From assembly GCA_964540055.1 (NCBI GenBank), contig CAZILC010000007.1:1272-65271 (forward strand): a stretch of 64,000 nt of DNA. Reading direction: 5' to 3'. The stretch is from an uncultured Gammaproteobacteria bacterium. Lineage in GTDB: Bacteria > Patescibacteriota > Microgenomatia > Levybacterales > UBA12049. Positions 52,879 to 64,000 of this stretch are shown here, piece by piece. Within the stretch, counting starts at the first letter, position 1. The number at the start of each line of letters is the position of its first letter. A program made the translations under genes and the position numbers. The notes below the pieces were generated by a model, which was not told the origin of the DNA, did no database searches, and saw only the letters and a list, made by a program, of their open reading frames with translations.

Positions 52879-54096
52879 TTATTTTTTAGGCACAATGAGC
52901 CGGTACAAAACAGAATCATTTACGCTTTCAATTTCATATGAACAGTCGGCAAAAACCACGACACTTTTTCCTTGCGCAAGCGAAAGAGAAGTTTCTTCAG
53001 ATGTAATGGTGGATGAACCTTTTACTGCTAAGATAATTTCCGCAGAAGTTGAAGTATTTTTATATGTTTCATGATCATTAAGTGCAATTTTACTTATCAG
53101 ATATTCATCAGCGGGTACAGGATAAGAAGTTTCATTGCCATTTTTATCGCCATCAAGAACATGGGGAATTTGTGCTTCAAAAATGGTAAATTTCAGAAAG
53201 CCTTCGATATCTATAGGTTTGTTCGTTGCACCGATCCGAGCAATATTGTCCGAGTTTTGCATAATTTCAATATATTGTCCTTCGAGAAATGCATGGAGTA
53301 CGCCAGCTGCTTCAAAAATAGATTGACCAGGTTTTAAATGCACAAGGTTTAAAAAATAAATAGAAAATAGTCCTCGGTCAAATTTGCCTTCATGCATATC
53401 GAAATCCTTTACAGCTTTGGCCGCCCAATAATCATGGGACTCTTTTTTTAGTTTTCCTTCTTCAAATAATGGGACAATTCGTTTTACCAATGGTTCAAAC
53501 ATCATACTTACTTCTTGATCTGTCATTTCTTGCAAAACATGGATATAAAGTTTCTTATAATCGCCATTTTCAAAGTAGGGAATGAGTGGTCTGAATTCCT
53601 CTATCTCATTCAAACGAGCCAACAGTTCGTTTTCGGATGTAAAACCATAAAGGGAATAGAAGTCACTGATAGCAACAGGCATTTCTGTTTTCGAGTTAGC
53701 ATCCTTATATGTCCTTTTCAGCTCAGTTGCGGGTATTCCGGTTTTTTCTTCTTCTGCAAAACCTTCAATTGCCTGCTGTTTATTCGGATGGACTTGTACA
53801 GAAAGCATTTTTTTAGCTTCACATAATTTAAAAAGATAAGGAAGTTCTCCGAATGTACGTTTGACTTCCTCACCGAGGACACGTTCCGGATCTTCATTAA
53901 TTATTTCCTCAAGCGTTTTCTCTTCTCCATCGATTTGAACGATTGAAGGACCTCTTTTATGCGCTCCAATCCAGTATTCTGCATAGGGAGTTCCGGGTTC
54001 AGCTTCAAAACCTAGGGTTTGCGGTATCAATTTATTGCCGCCCCAATCATAAGGACTTGAGAAAATCTTTCCGGTAATGGGGTAAATTTTTTGCAT
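52879..54096 (-). CDS. manA: Mannose-6-phosphate isomerase, type I-like
   Basis: The ORF-track start (54105) is TTG. ATG at 54096 lies 8 nt after TATAAT. Cupin metal motifs LSVQVHPNK and GVLHAFLEG. Confidence 0.7.
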   Translation of the reverse strand: MQKIYPITGKIFSSPYDWGGNKLIPQTLGFEAEPGTPYAEYWIGAHKRGPSIVQIDGEEKTLEEIINEDPERVLGEEVKRTFGELPYLFKLCEAKKMLSVQVHPNKQQAIEGFAEEEKTGIPATELKRTYKDANSKTEMPVAISDFYSLYGFTSENELLARLNEIEEFRPLIPYFENGDYKKLYIHVLQEMTDQEVSMMFEPLVKRIVPLFEEGKLKKESHDYWAAKAVKDFDMHEGKFDRGLFSIYFLNLVHLKPGQSIFEAAGVLHAFLEGQYIEIMQNSDNIARIGATNKPIDIEGFLKFTIFEAQIPHVLDGDKNGNETSYPVPADEYLISKIALNDHETYKNTSTSAEIILAVKGSSTITSEETSLSLAQGKSVVVFADCSYEIESVNDSVLYRLIVPKK

Positions 54097-54122
54097 TGGA
54101 AGCAATTATATGATTAATTATA

Positions 54123-54881
54123 TCACTTACTGTTAATAATAGTGAGGACCTCGTCATGTAAATAGCCATTAGTTGAAAGAAGTTGTTTTGTCTCAAGATT
54201 CCAAGGATTTCCTTTAAAGTCGGTGATTTTGCCTCCGGCTTCGGGGATGATGCAAATGAATGGGGCATAGTCCCAAGGGGTGCCGTAAGAATCGATATTG
54301 ACGTCCATTCTGCCGGCTGAGAGTAATGAAAGAGCATACGCGTGTTCGTAGGATCTGAGGATAACCTCGGCATCTAATAATTTAAGAATTGGTTGTTTGT
54401 CCTTAAAACGGTTAATACTGCCAAAACTTCCGAACGACTGAGCAACTGTTTTGGTTTCAGAAACTTTTATTTTTTCACCATTGAGATACGCGCCTATTCC
54501 TTTCTCAGCGACAACAAGCATATTCTGTGTTGGAATATAATCCAAACCCAAGGTTATTTCACCATTTTGATAATGCGCAATGAGAATTGACCATTGCGTG
54601 ATACCATGTGCAAATACTCGTGTTCCATCAATCGGATCAATAATCCATAAATCATTGCCTTTACTGTCACCACCGCTTTCTTCAGCTAGAAATTTTGCTT
54701 TTGGGATATTTTGTAAAATATGTTTTTTTATCGCGTTTTCAACAAGTGGATCTGCTGTAGTTAAAAGACTGTTATCATGTTTTTTTTCGATGGTAAATTC
54801 TTTAAGAAAATAATTGAGGGCAATTTCTCCTCCGATTTTTGCGGCGTCAATTGCGGTTTGCAGATCTTTTGAAGTATGCAT
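54123..54881 (-). CDS. Inositol monophosphatase / FBPase family phosphatase
   Basis: 252 aa. Metal-binding motifs LAEESG, WIIDPIDGT and WDYAP. Confidence 0.85.
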   Translation of the reverse strand: MHTSKDLQTAIDAAKIGGEIALNYFLKEFTIEKKHDNSLLTTADPLVENAIKKHILQNIPKAKFLAEESGGDSKGNDLWIIDPIDGTRVFAHGITQWSILIAHYQNGEITLGLDYIPTQNMLVVAEKGIGAYLNGEKIKVSETKTVAQSFGSFGSINRFKDKQPILKLLDAEVILRSYEHAYALSLLSAGRMDVNIDSYGTPWDYAPFICIIPEAGGKITDFKGNPWNLETKQLLSTNGYLHDEVLTIINSK

Positions 54882-56272
54882 TATTCCTTTGCAAGTCCTT
54901 GGATGAATGATTTGAGCTCGTCGCGTTTTGCTTCCATTTCGTCTTCTTTAAAACTTTCTACATTGAGTCTAAGAAGTGGTTCGGTATTTGATGTCCTGAC
55001 ATTAAATCTCCAAGTAGGGTAGGAAATCGAAACTCCATCAAGCGTTAGCAGCTCGCCATCTTTATATTTTTCTTTCAATGCATCAAGAATTTCCGGCGCA
55101 TTCGTTACTCGGTAATTAAATTCACCTGATTCAAAACTCCTCTGCACATCTTTTACAATTTCTGAAAGTGGTTTGCCCTCACGGGTGAGGACTTTAAGCA
55201 CACTGACCAGAACAGAAAGCTGCGATTCGGCATTTCCTGTAGATCTGAAGTAAAAATGTCCTGAAGATTCACCAGCAAACGGACCACCGGTTTTATTCAT
55301 CGCTTCTGTGATAAAGGCATGTCCAATTTTTGTTTTTTCAAGTTTGCCACCGTTTTCCTCGATAATTTTTGTAGACCCCAAAAGATAGCGCACATCTACA
55401 TATATTGTCTGTCCGGGATGATCTTTAAGAAGTTCGCGGGCAACAAGTGCGGTAATATTAGTCGCGGGGACAATTTGGCCTTTTTCATCAACGAAATACA
55501 ATCTGTCTCCATCGCCATCAGGAGCGAGGCCAAAATCCGCTTTTTCTTCTAGAACACGAGCTTGCAAATCTTTGAGATTGTCAAAATCCAGAGGGTCCGG
55601 TGCATGAACAGGGAAACTTCCGTCCAATTCGAAATTCATTTTTATAAGATCCGCAGGTACTTTTTTGAAAAGGGCTTCAATATATTGAGCGCCCATGGCG
55701 TTTGCCGGGTCTGCAACGATTTTGAATTTTTTAATATCAGGATTTTCAAAAATCTTTAGCGCATTATCTACTTCATCTTCAAGTATTCCGGTTTTTGGTG
55801 TAATAGATCCTTCTGTTGAAGGCGTAAAATCAACTCCTGCAATTGACATATTTTTAATGTCTTCCATGCCAGTTGGTTTGCCGATTTTAATCAGACCATC
55901 AGGTGAATATTTCACAAATTTCATGCCGTTATATTCTTTAGGATTGTGAGACGCGGTAATTTGGATTCCGCAATCGTAGGCATAATGAAAAACCGTGAAG
56001 TAAAAAGATGGAGTTGAAAGTTGTCCGGCATCAATAATTTGTGCGCCCATTGAGAGAAGTGTCTTTTTCGCCTTTGCGAATAATTGCGGACCAGAAAGGC
56101 GCATGTCGTATGCGAGAACAATTGTAGGTTTTTCTTTACCAATACTTTCGTAGAAAAATTTATAAATTGCTCGAATGATGGGGACGATATTATCTTCGTT
56201 GAGTTGATCGGGGTAAATGCCGCGGATGTCGTAAGCTTTAAAGATCTTCGGATCAATGTCGTTCATGTTCAT
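54881..56272 (-). CDS. Phosphomannomutase/phosphoglucomutase
   Basis: 463 aa. Active-site TASHNP, metal loop PDGDGDR and sugar-binding GESSGH. The stop shares 1 nt with the next start. Confidence 0.9.
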   Translation of the reverse strand: MNMNDIDPKIFKAYDIRGIYPDQLNEDNIVPIIRAIYKFFYESIGKEKPTIVLAYDMRLSGPQLFAKAKKTLLSMGAQIIDAGQLSTPSFYFTVFHYAYDCGIQITASHNPKEYNGMKFVKYSPDGLIKIGKPTGMEDIKNMSIAGVDFTPSTEGSITPKTGILEDEVDNALKIFENPDIKKFKIVADPANAMGAQYIEALFKKVPADLIKMNFELDGSFPVHAPDPLDFDNLKDLQARVLEEKADFGLAPDGDGDRLYFVDEKGQIVPATNITALVARELLKDHPGQTIYVDVRYLLGSTKIIEENGGKLEKTKIGHAFITEAMNKTGGPFAGESSGHFYFRSTGNAESQLSVLVSVLKVLTREGKPLSEIVKDVQRSFESGEFNYRVTNAPEILDALKEKYKDGELLTLDGVSISYPTWRFNVRTSNTEPLLRLNVESFKEDEMEAKRDELKSFIQGLAKE

Positions 56273-56275
56273 ATT

Positions 56276-56971
56276 TTAAACGCCCAGCAGAAAGAAGTCA
56301 ATTGTATTGATTAGGGGTTGTGTAAGCGTTCCGGTTTTCTGGGCTGTTTCAATGTTGAATAGCTGTTCGTAGAGCTGTAAGAGATGCGGCAGGGGAAAGC
56401 TTTTTGCCTGCTTTTCAAGTTTGCCTTGCTGCCAGGGTTGTATTCGTTTTACTTCATCAATTTTTTCCGATTCAGTGTTGTTTGATAAAGCTAACAATAT
56501 GCGAAATTGGCGAACTAACATAAAGAAAACCATTTCGGTTTCGGTTGTCGTGACAGTTTCGTGGAACAGTTTAATAAGCAATTTGCTATTACCGGGTTGC
56601 AGTGCATCAAGAAGCTGAAAAAGCGTTTGGGGAAGTTTAAAGATTCTCACATTAGCGTGTTTTAATTCATTGAGAGTACTTCTCTCCAATTCTTTATTTT
56701 CCCAAAAAACAATAGTATTTTCAGTGGAGTTTTTCTCAATATAGGAAAGAATAGCTTTATAATCACCATTTTTTTTCTTTTTCGTGAGGTACTGTTCAAT
56801 AAAAACATATTTGGTTTCACCAAACAATCCGCCTCCTTCAAAAAGCTGTGTTAAATCTGTTAAATTTATTTGGTCTGCATCAAGCAATATAGCATCAGCA
56901 TATTTGATCTTCTCAGACAGAAAAGATTTTCGTGATTGTGCAGTATCAGAACCGTGGATTATGGTAAGCAT
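56276..56971 (-). CDS. holA: DNA polymerase III delta subunit-like
   Basis: 231 aa. The N-terminal IHGSD... region and helical C-half resemble short HolA proteins. Weak, based on pattern only. Confidence 0.5.
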   Translation of the reverse strand: MLTIIHGSDTAQSRKSFLSEKIKYADAILLDADQINLTDLTQLFEGGGLFGETKYVFIEQYLTKKKKNGDYKAILSYIEKNSTENTIVFWENKELERSTLNELKHANVRIFKLPQTLFQLLDALQPGNSKLLIKLFHETVTTTETEMVFFMLVRQFRILLALSNNTESEKIDEVKRIQPWQQGKLEKQAKSFPLPHLLQLYEQLFNIETAQKTGTLTQPLINTIDFFLLGV

Positions 56972-56977
56972 GGTAAA

Positions 56978-57358
56978 TTATACTTCGGTTTTCTTTTTAT
57001 ACTCTTTGAATAACTGATTTGCAAGGGAATTGATATTTCTGCTTCTTGTTCTGTGGGGGAGAAGGGCGCCTGAAAAATTTTTGGGAATGTGGAGGAGTTC
57101 ATGGATGAGTACTTTCTTCTTTTTGTCATCATCGAGTTTGTCGTAATGCTGGGATAAGACTTCAATGACATATGCCGGTTCCACAGACAGGGCTCGCTGG
57201 AAAATTTTTGGGAAAGACCACGTTCGTGCATAAGCACGAGTTTTGGATCCTTTTGTCCGGTAGCAGTAAATCCGGTCAAGATTGATATGAGGAAGGTCCA
57301 GGTGTTTTACAATATCTTGTAAATCAGTTTTAATATCTGTTGCATCCTGCCAATCCAT
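56978..57358 (-). CDS. Predicted small zinc metallopeptidase (HExxH)
   Basis: 126 aa. A single VLIHELLHIP motif. Resembles SprT/Wss1-like or archaeal-type predicted metallopeptidases. Family assignment uncertain. Confidence 0.5.
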   Translation of the reverse strand: MDWQDATDIKTDLQDIVKHLDLPHINLDRIYCYRTKGSKTRAYARTWSFPKIFQRALSVEPAYVIEVLSQHYDKLDDDKKKKVLIHELLHIPKNFSGALLPHRTRSRNINSLANQLFKEYKKKTEV

Positions 57359-57359
57359 C

Positions 57360-58517
57360 TTACCTTTTGACGAAAAAATTAACTAGGTTCTCAAGTGTCA
57401 AAGCTAATGAAAAATGATGTTGAAGCGGTTGGAGTTTTTCAATATTTTTAGTGGCAATTGCTATTTCTTTTGGATGAACTGCAGCTGCCAGAACCTGATG
57501 TGTTGGTAAGCTTGGTACACCTTTCACTTTTGACAGATTATAAATGTAGGCATATTGTTTTGTTTTATATCCTGATCCGGTTATAAATGAAAATTGTGTA
57601 AAGGGGCCGTACGATGCCTGGAGAAGAAATGGTGTTATAGCGACAATACTGGGATCATTCCAAATTGTTTTTAGAGTCTGGTCATAATAGGTGACTCTTG
57701 TATCCTCAGAAACTGATTGGGATGACCAACCTGTTTCGGTAATAAATACGGGGAGCGTTTTATTACTCATTGAGCGAATGAGATTACGCTCTTGCAGAAA
57801 ACTTCCAACACCCATGCTGCTGGTAACATTGGGAGCCTGGGAAAAACCAGGATTTGGATAGGAATGACTGCTCATGCCGTCGATCTGATTAAAGATTCCC
57901 GGGACTGCTTGATTCATTGCACGAAGATAATTATATTCGTCAATGTATATATTCCCTTGATCGGGCGCTGCATTATCCATCCCCGCACTGATGATAAAAA
58001 AGTCAGGACTCGTGGATTTAAAAATGGTAACTGCGAAATTTAACAAATGAGCGTATGCCGCGGGATCAGCTGCACCTCCCCATTCATCGGCTCGGTTAAC
58101 TTCATTATAAACGATGATGTAACGGTTTTTGGTTGGCCACTCAAGTGAGTTTAAAAATATAGCAGCATCGACAATATCGCTTTCGTTTGGTGTTCTCCAC
58201 ACGAGTTTATTGAGAGAATCATTTTCTGTTGCAAGGCGTATTATCGGGATGAGGTGATATCTTTTGCAGTTATCCATAAATTGCTGCCATTTTGAGATAT
58301 TTTCATCACCTGACTGGATAGGAATAGTAACATATCCCCAATCTCCGCCGTGATTGACTAGCTGGGCAGCAGCGCTAACTTCTGATGGATCCAGAATATG
58401 GACACCTATTTTATTATTGGCAACTGCGAGTGGATTTTCTGCGGCGGATGCGGGTTTGATCCAGAAAAAAAAGACAACAAAAAACATTAGCAGCAATATG
58501 ACACGAGATTTGAGCAT
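57360..58517 (-). CDS. Secreted glycoside hydrolase-like protein (clan GH-A TIM barrel)
   Basis: 385 aa. Signal peptide (LLLMFFVVFFFWIKPASA|AE), candidate acid/base in VYNEVN and nucleophile in FITETGW. Confidence 0.55.
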   Translation of the reverse strand: MLKSRVILLLMFFVVFFFWIKPASAAENPLAVANNKIGVHILDPSEVSAAAQLVNHGGDWGYVTIPIQSGDENISKWQQFMDNCKRYHLIPIIRLATENDSLNKLVWRTPNESDIVDAAIFLNSLEWPTKNRYIIVYNEVNRADEWGGAADPAAYAHLLNFAVTIFKSTSPDFFIISAGMDNAAPDQGNIYIDEYNYLRAMNQAVPGIFNQIDGMSSHSYPNPGFSQAPNVTSSMGVGSFLQERNLIRSMSNKTLPVFITETGWSSQSVSEDTRVTYYDQTLKTIWNDPSIVAITPFLLQASYGPFTQFSFITGSGYKTKQYAYIYNLSKVKGVPSLPTHQVLAAAVHPKEIAIATKNIEKLQPLQHHFSLALTLENLVNFFVKR

Positions 58518-58644
58518 TTATTTAACTATAACGAATAGGATCAATTTACGCAAGCTAAGCAATGATTTTCCAATAGTATTGAAACTGATCATTAACTATT
58601 TATAATTGCCCTATTAGCTGTATAATAAGTACAGATTTTCAAAT

Positions 58645-61438
<2,794 letters not shown>

Positions 61439-61480
61439 AGGTATATTATAGTTGATGAGAAAGGGAGTTTCAATCTTTGA

Positions 61481-62014
61481 TTAGACTGGAAAACGGTTTT
61501 TGTTTGATAATCCTATTATTTTTTTTACCCGCGCAAAGCGAATGTACGGGCCCATATGTTTTTTAAACACTTTCGTAGCTTCATTTTCAGCCCTCAAGTC
61601 ATTAATCCAGTACTCATAGGGATCGACATTTTCTGCAATTGAAATTATGGCTGGAAATATGAGAGATCTGGCAGTTTGTAAATATTGATTATATACGATA
61701 TTACTGCCCTTCCGTAATTCCTGAGTCACTTGAGAATCATCAGTTACAGCGAGTATAAAGCCGTGTCTGCGAATTGATCTTTTCTGCCGGGACGTAAAAC
61801 CTTGTTTGATATTGCTCAAATTTCCTTGATCGTACGCATCGATAAATTTTTGATTAACATCTGCATCAGATTCTGCTTTAATAAGCCGTAGCCTCATCGC
61901 AATAAATCTCGGGTGATCCGGTAGCCAATTGCCTCCCAGGAAAAAGTGTAAATATGCCTTTGCATCGGCATAGGGATCAGGAGCCTGCGTTTCACCATGT
62001 TCTTTTCCTCTCAT
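61481..62014 (-). CDS. Hypothetical protein (orphan)
   Basis: 177-aa ORF. Extended -10 TGgTATCAT ends 6 nt before the ATG. No family recognised. Confidence 0.55.
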   Translation of the reverse strand: MRGKEHGETQAPDPYADAKAYLHFFLGGNWLPDHPRFIAMRLRLIKAESDADVNQKFIDAYDQGNLSNIKQGFTSRQKRSIRRHGFILAVTDDSQVTQELRKGSNIVYNQYLQTARSLIFPAIISIAENVDPYEYWINDLRAENEATKVFKKHMGPYIRFARVKKIIGLSNKNRFPV

Positions 62015-62078
62015 GAGTGTATGATACCAAAATTGCCTATAACTTGATTGCTATATCTCAAATAGATAAAATAATATA

Positions 62079-62663
62079 ATGCCTATTCTCACGTACAATG
62101 CCGGCTGGATGCTATATAATATTTTTCTAGCTTTATTAGCATTAGGATTCGGCTATTTCTTCATAATCAGTAAATATAAGTTTGCTAAATATCTCTCTGG
62201 CATTTTGTGGCTATTATTTCTTCCTAATACTATTTATATATTTACCGACCTTGTTCATCTTATTGATCAATGGGCAATAGTTGACTGGGATATTAAGATA
62301 GTTCTGGTACTACAATATTTGGTATTCCAAATTGTGGGATTTGTAACATTTGCTTTCAGTATGTACCCATTTGAAAAAATTATTCTGACATGGAAATATT
62401 TCAGATCCAGAAAAATATTGGTGCTCATACTATTTAATTTTTTTATTGCTTTTGGCATGGTGCTTGGGAGAGTGGAAAGAATTAATTCGTGGGAAGTTTT
62501 TACCGATCCCGTAAAGGTGCTACGATCAGGTTTGCACGTCTTTAATTCACTGGATTTATTTGGTCTGATGCTTTTATTTGGTATACTTTGCAATTGTTTT
62601 TATTTCCTCGTCAGGAAAAAGGTTATTAAAATTTCAGATAAACTTACGCAAGTATTGGATTGA
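62079..62663 (+). CDS. DUF1361-like polytopic membrane protein
   Basis: 194 aa with about 5 TM helices. The LFLPNTIYIFTDLVHL motif matches my memory of the DUF1361 FLPNAPY-TD-HL signature. Confidence 0.55.
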   Translation: MPILTYNAGWMLYNIFLALLALGFGYFFIISKYKFAKYLSGILWLLFLPNTIYIFTDLVHLIDQWAIVDWDIKIVLVLQYLVFQIVGFVTFAFSMYPFEKIILTWKYFRSRKILVLILFNFFIAFGMVLGRVERINSWEVFTDPVKVLRSGLHVFNSLDLFGLMLLFGILCNCFYFLVRKKVIKISDKLTQVLD

Positions 62664-62709
62664 CAAATTCTTTTGTATGTTTTTAAATTAAATTAGGCGG
62701 TATTTCATT

Positions 62710-63729
62710 ATGCAGACTCGAAAACGCGCAAAATCGGCGACATTCGGTAAAAAACCGAAAGAAAAAGAAGAGAAAGAAATAAAACCAGTCGAGGAAGAAA
62801 CAGCTGTTCATACATCAGCAAGTTCACATGAACCGGTTGAGGCTGAAGAGAAAAAATCTGAGGAAAAAGCAGAGGACATCGAGCTTTCTACAACATTGCC
62901 GCATGATGATACTGAAGAAAAGGGATCTCATGAGGTTACACCGGCTGATGATTTCGTCATAGATACATCACCTTCAACCGCGACACCCACAACTGAAACA
63001 ACCCCAGATGAACCAAAAGAGACTGAAAAAGAAGCAAAACCTGAAGAAGTTACCACACATGAGCTATCTCAACCGATTGAATCAGCTCCGACAACCACAC
63101 CTGAACAGAAAGAGGTTCAAGAACCTGAGCTATCACCAACTCCGCCTGCAAGCGCGTTTACTATTCAATCCGATGAGCAACCGGAACAAGATGCTCCGAG
63201 TAGTAATGATGGAGCAGTAGAGTCGCCAACTGAAAAGAAACATTTTGGTTTGTATTTTATTGTTGTTGCTTTTCTCTCATTTGTTCTCGGCCTTGGAGCT
63301 ATGGCTGGTGCAAGCTATTTTGGTCTGGTCAATGTTAATTTCTCAAAATTACCAGCGGTACCCGGACTTCTTGGGCAAAAGCCGACTCCCACAGCTGTGC
63401 CTCCCACAGCCATACCTACCCAAAAACCTGTTGATTTAACAGCATTTACGATTGCAGTATTCAATGGAAGCGGAATAAGTGGAAAAGCTGCTGATGTTAA
63501 AACCTCATTAACTACGGCTGGATTTACCGTATCCACAACAGGTAATGCCGATAAAAGTACGTATACAAAGACTGAAATTTCCGCAAAAAAGACAGTTAAT
63601 CATGAATTCTTAACCAAGCTTGAGGATGAACTGAATAAAACGTATGATGTAGATACAACAGTTGCGACAAGTCCAGATAGTGATAAAACTGACGTAACCG
63701 TCACACTGGGCTCAAATACCTCTAAATAA
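62710..63729 (+). CDS. Membrane protein with acidic low-complexity N-region and LytR_C domain
   Basis: 339 aa. E/P/T-rich cytoplasmic region, one TM (FGLYFIVVAFLSFVLGLGAMAGA) and a C-terminal LytR_C-like domain (FTIAVFNGSGISGKAADVKTSLTTAGFTV). Confidence 0.7.
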   Translation: MQTRKRAKSATFGKKPKEKEEKEIKPVEEETAVHTSASSHEPVEAEEKKSEEKAEDIELSTTLPHDDTEEKGSHEVTPADDFVIDTSPSTATPTTETTPDEPKETEKEAKPEEVTTHELSQPIESAPTTTPEQKEVQEPELSPTPPASAFTIQSDEQPEQDAPSSNDGAVESPTEKKHFGLYFIVVAFLSFVLGLGAMAGASYFGLVNVNFSKLPAVPGLLGQKPTPTAVPPTAIPTQKPVDLTAFTIAVFNGSGISGKAADVKTSLTTAGFTVSTTGNADKSTYTKTEISAKKTVNHEFLTKLEDELNKTYDVDTTVATSPDSDKTDVTVTLGSNTSK

Positions 63730-63731
63730 TC

Positions 63732-63971
63732 TTAGGCAATTGCGTTTCCGAAGGTAAATATCCGGCGAAGATCATTTGTATCGTATACATCCAAACCCAT
63801 AGAATAAACTCGTGTATATCCTTCAATGTTTCGGACGATAAGCAAGTTACAATTATACGCTGAATCGTGGGCCTCAGAATATTCCACGTGAGGTGGCAAG
63901 GTCAAAAGCAACTGTAAGTCGTGCTTCGGAAATTCTTTTACTTTAACGAAAACTTTTTTTGGTGTAAACAT
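63732..63971 (-). CDS. Hypothetical small protein (orphan)
   Basis: 79-aa ORF. TATAAT lies 13 nt upstream of the ATG. Stop is 2 nt from the convergent gene's stop. No family recognised. Confidence 0.4.
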   Translation of the reverse strand: MFTPKKVFVKVKEFPKHDLQLLLTLPPHVEYSEAHDSAYNCNLLIVRNIEGYTRVYSMGLDVYDTNDLRRIFTFGNAIA

Positions 63972-64000
63972 AAAAGTAGTGGATATTATATCCTATAATA

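Overview
AT-rich, very gene-dense bacterial chromosome segment with about 75 protein genes and 2 tRNAs. Intergenic gaps are mostly under 100 bp, and many stop codons abut or overlap. I saw no rRNA, CRISPR array, transposase, integrase or phage genes. The gene content is my basis for guessing a reduced-genome, Patescibacteria/CPR-like organism with a Gram-positive-type wall. This is inference, not a database result. That content includes MurT/GatD, GatCAB, PolX, a bifunctional PGI/PMI, many single-domain regulators, a large type IV pilus locus and little biosynthesis.

Housekeeping genes:
- Replication and repair: dnaE, polX, uvrB, lexA, holA-like.
- Translation and RNA: gatC/A/B, rplS, dus, rsmI, tRNA-Asp(GUC), tRNA-Gly(CCC).
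- Envelope: murT-gatD, LysM protein, LytR_C protein, htpX-lemA.
- Metabolism: pyrG, pyk, ribE-ribH, ahcY plus a PfkB kinase, and a sugar-phosphate operon (PMM, IMPase, two phosphomannose isomerases).
- Partial atpB at the left edge.

Most notable content:
1. An 11 kb type IV pilus locus at 40.5-51.8 kb. It is headed by an orphan HPt protein and a CheY-like receiver, followed by PilB and PilC. Next come four prepilin-signal proteins, one a 668-aa propeller-containing giant, then a PilM/N-like membrane protein. The locus ends with two major-pilin paralogs that share an identical 63-aa N-terminus, promoter and terminator.
2. A pervasive leaderless-type gene architecture. A sigma70-like -10 box ends 5-9 nt before the start codon at about 25 genes. 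This also let me correct several ORF-track starts.
3. About 17 lineage-specific orphan genes are scattered singly or in pairs between conserved genes. Most have their own promoter, and many are packed tail-to-tail against a housekeeping gene. They include two methyltransferase-like proteins, a kinase-like protein, an alpha/beta-hydrolase-like protein and an ECF-type sigma factor.

I did not find one unambiguous novel multi-gene system. The best candidates are listed as findings, each with explicit checks.
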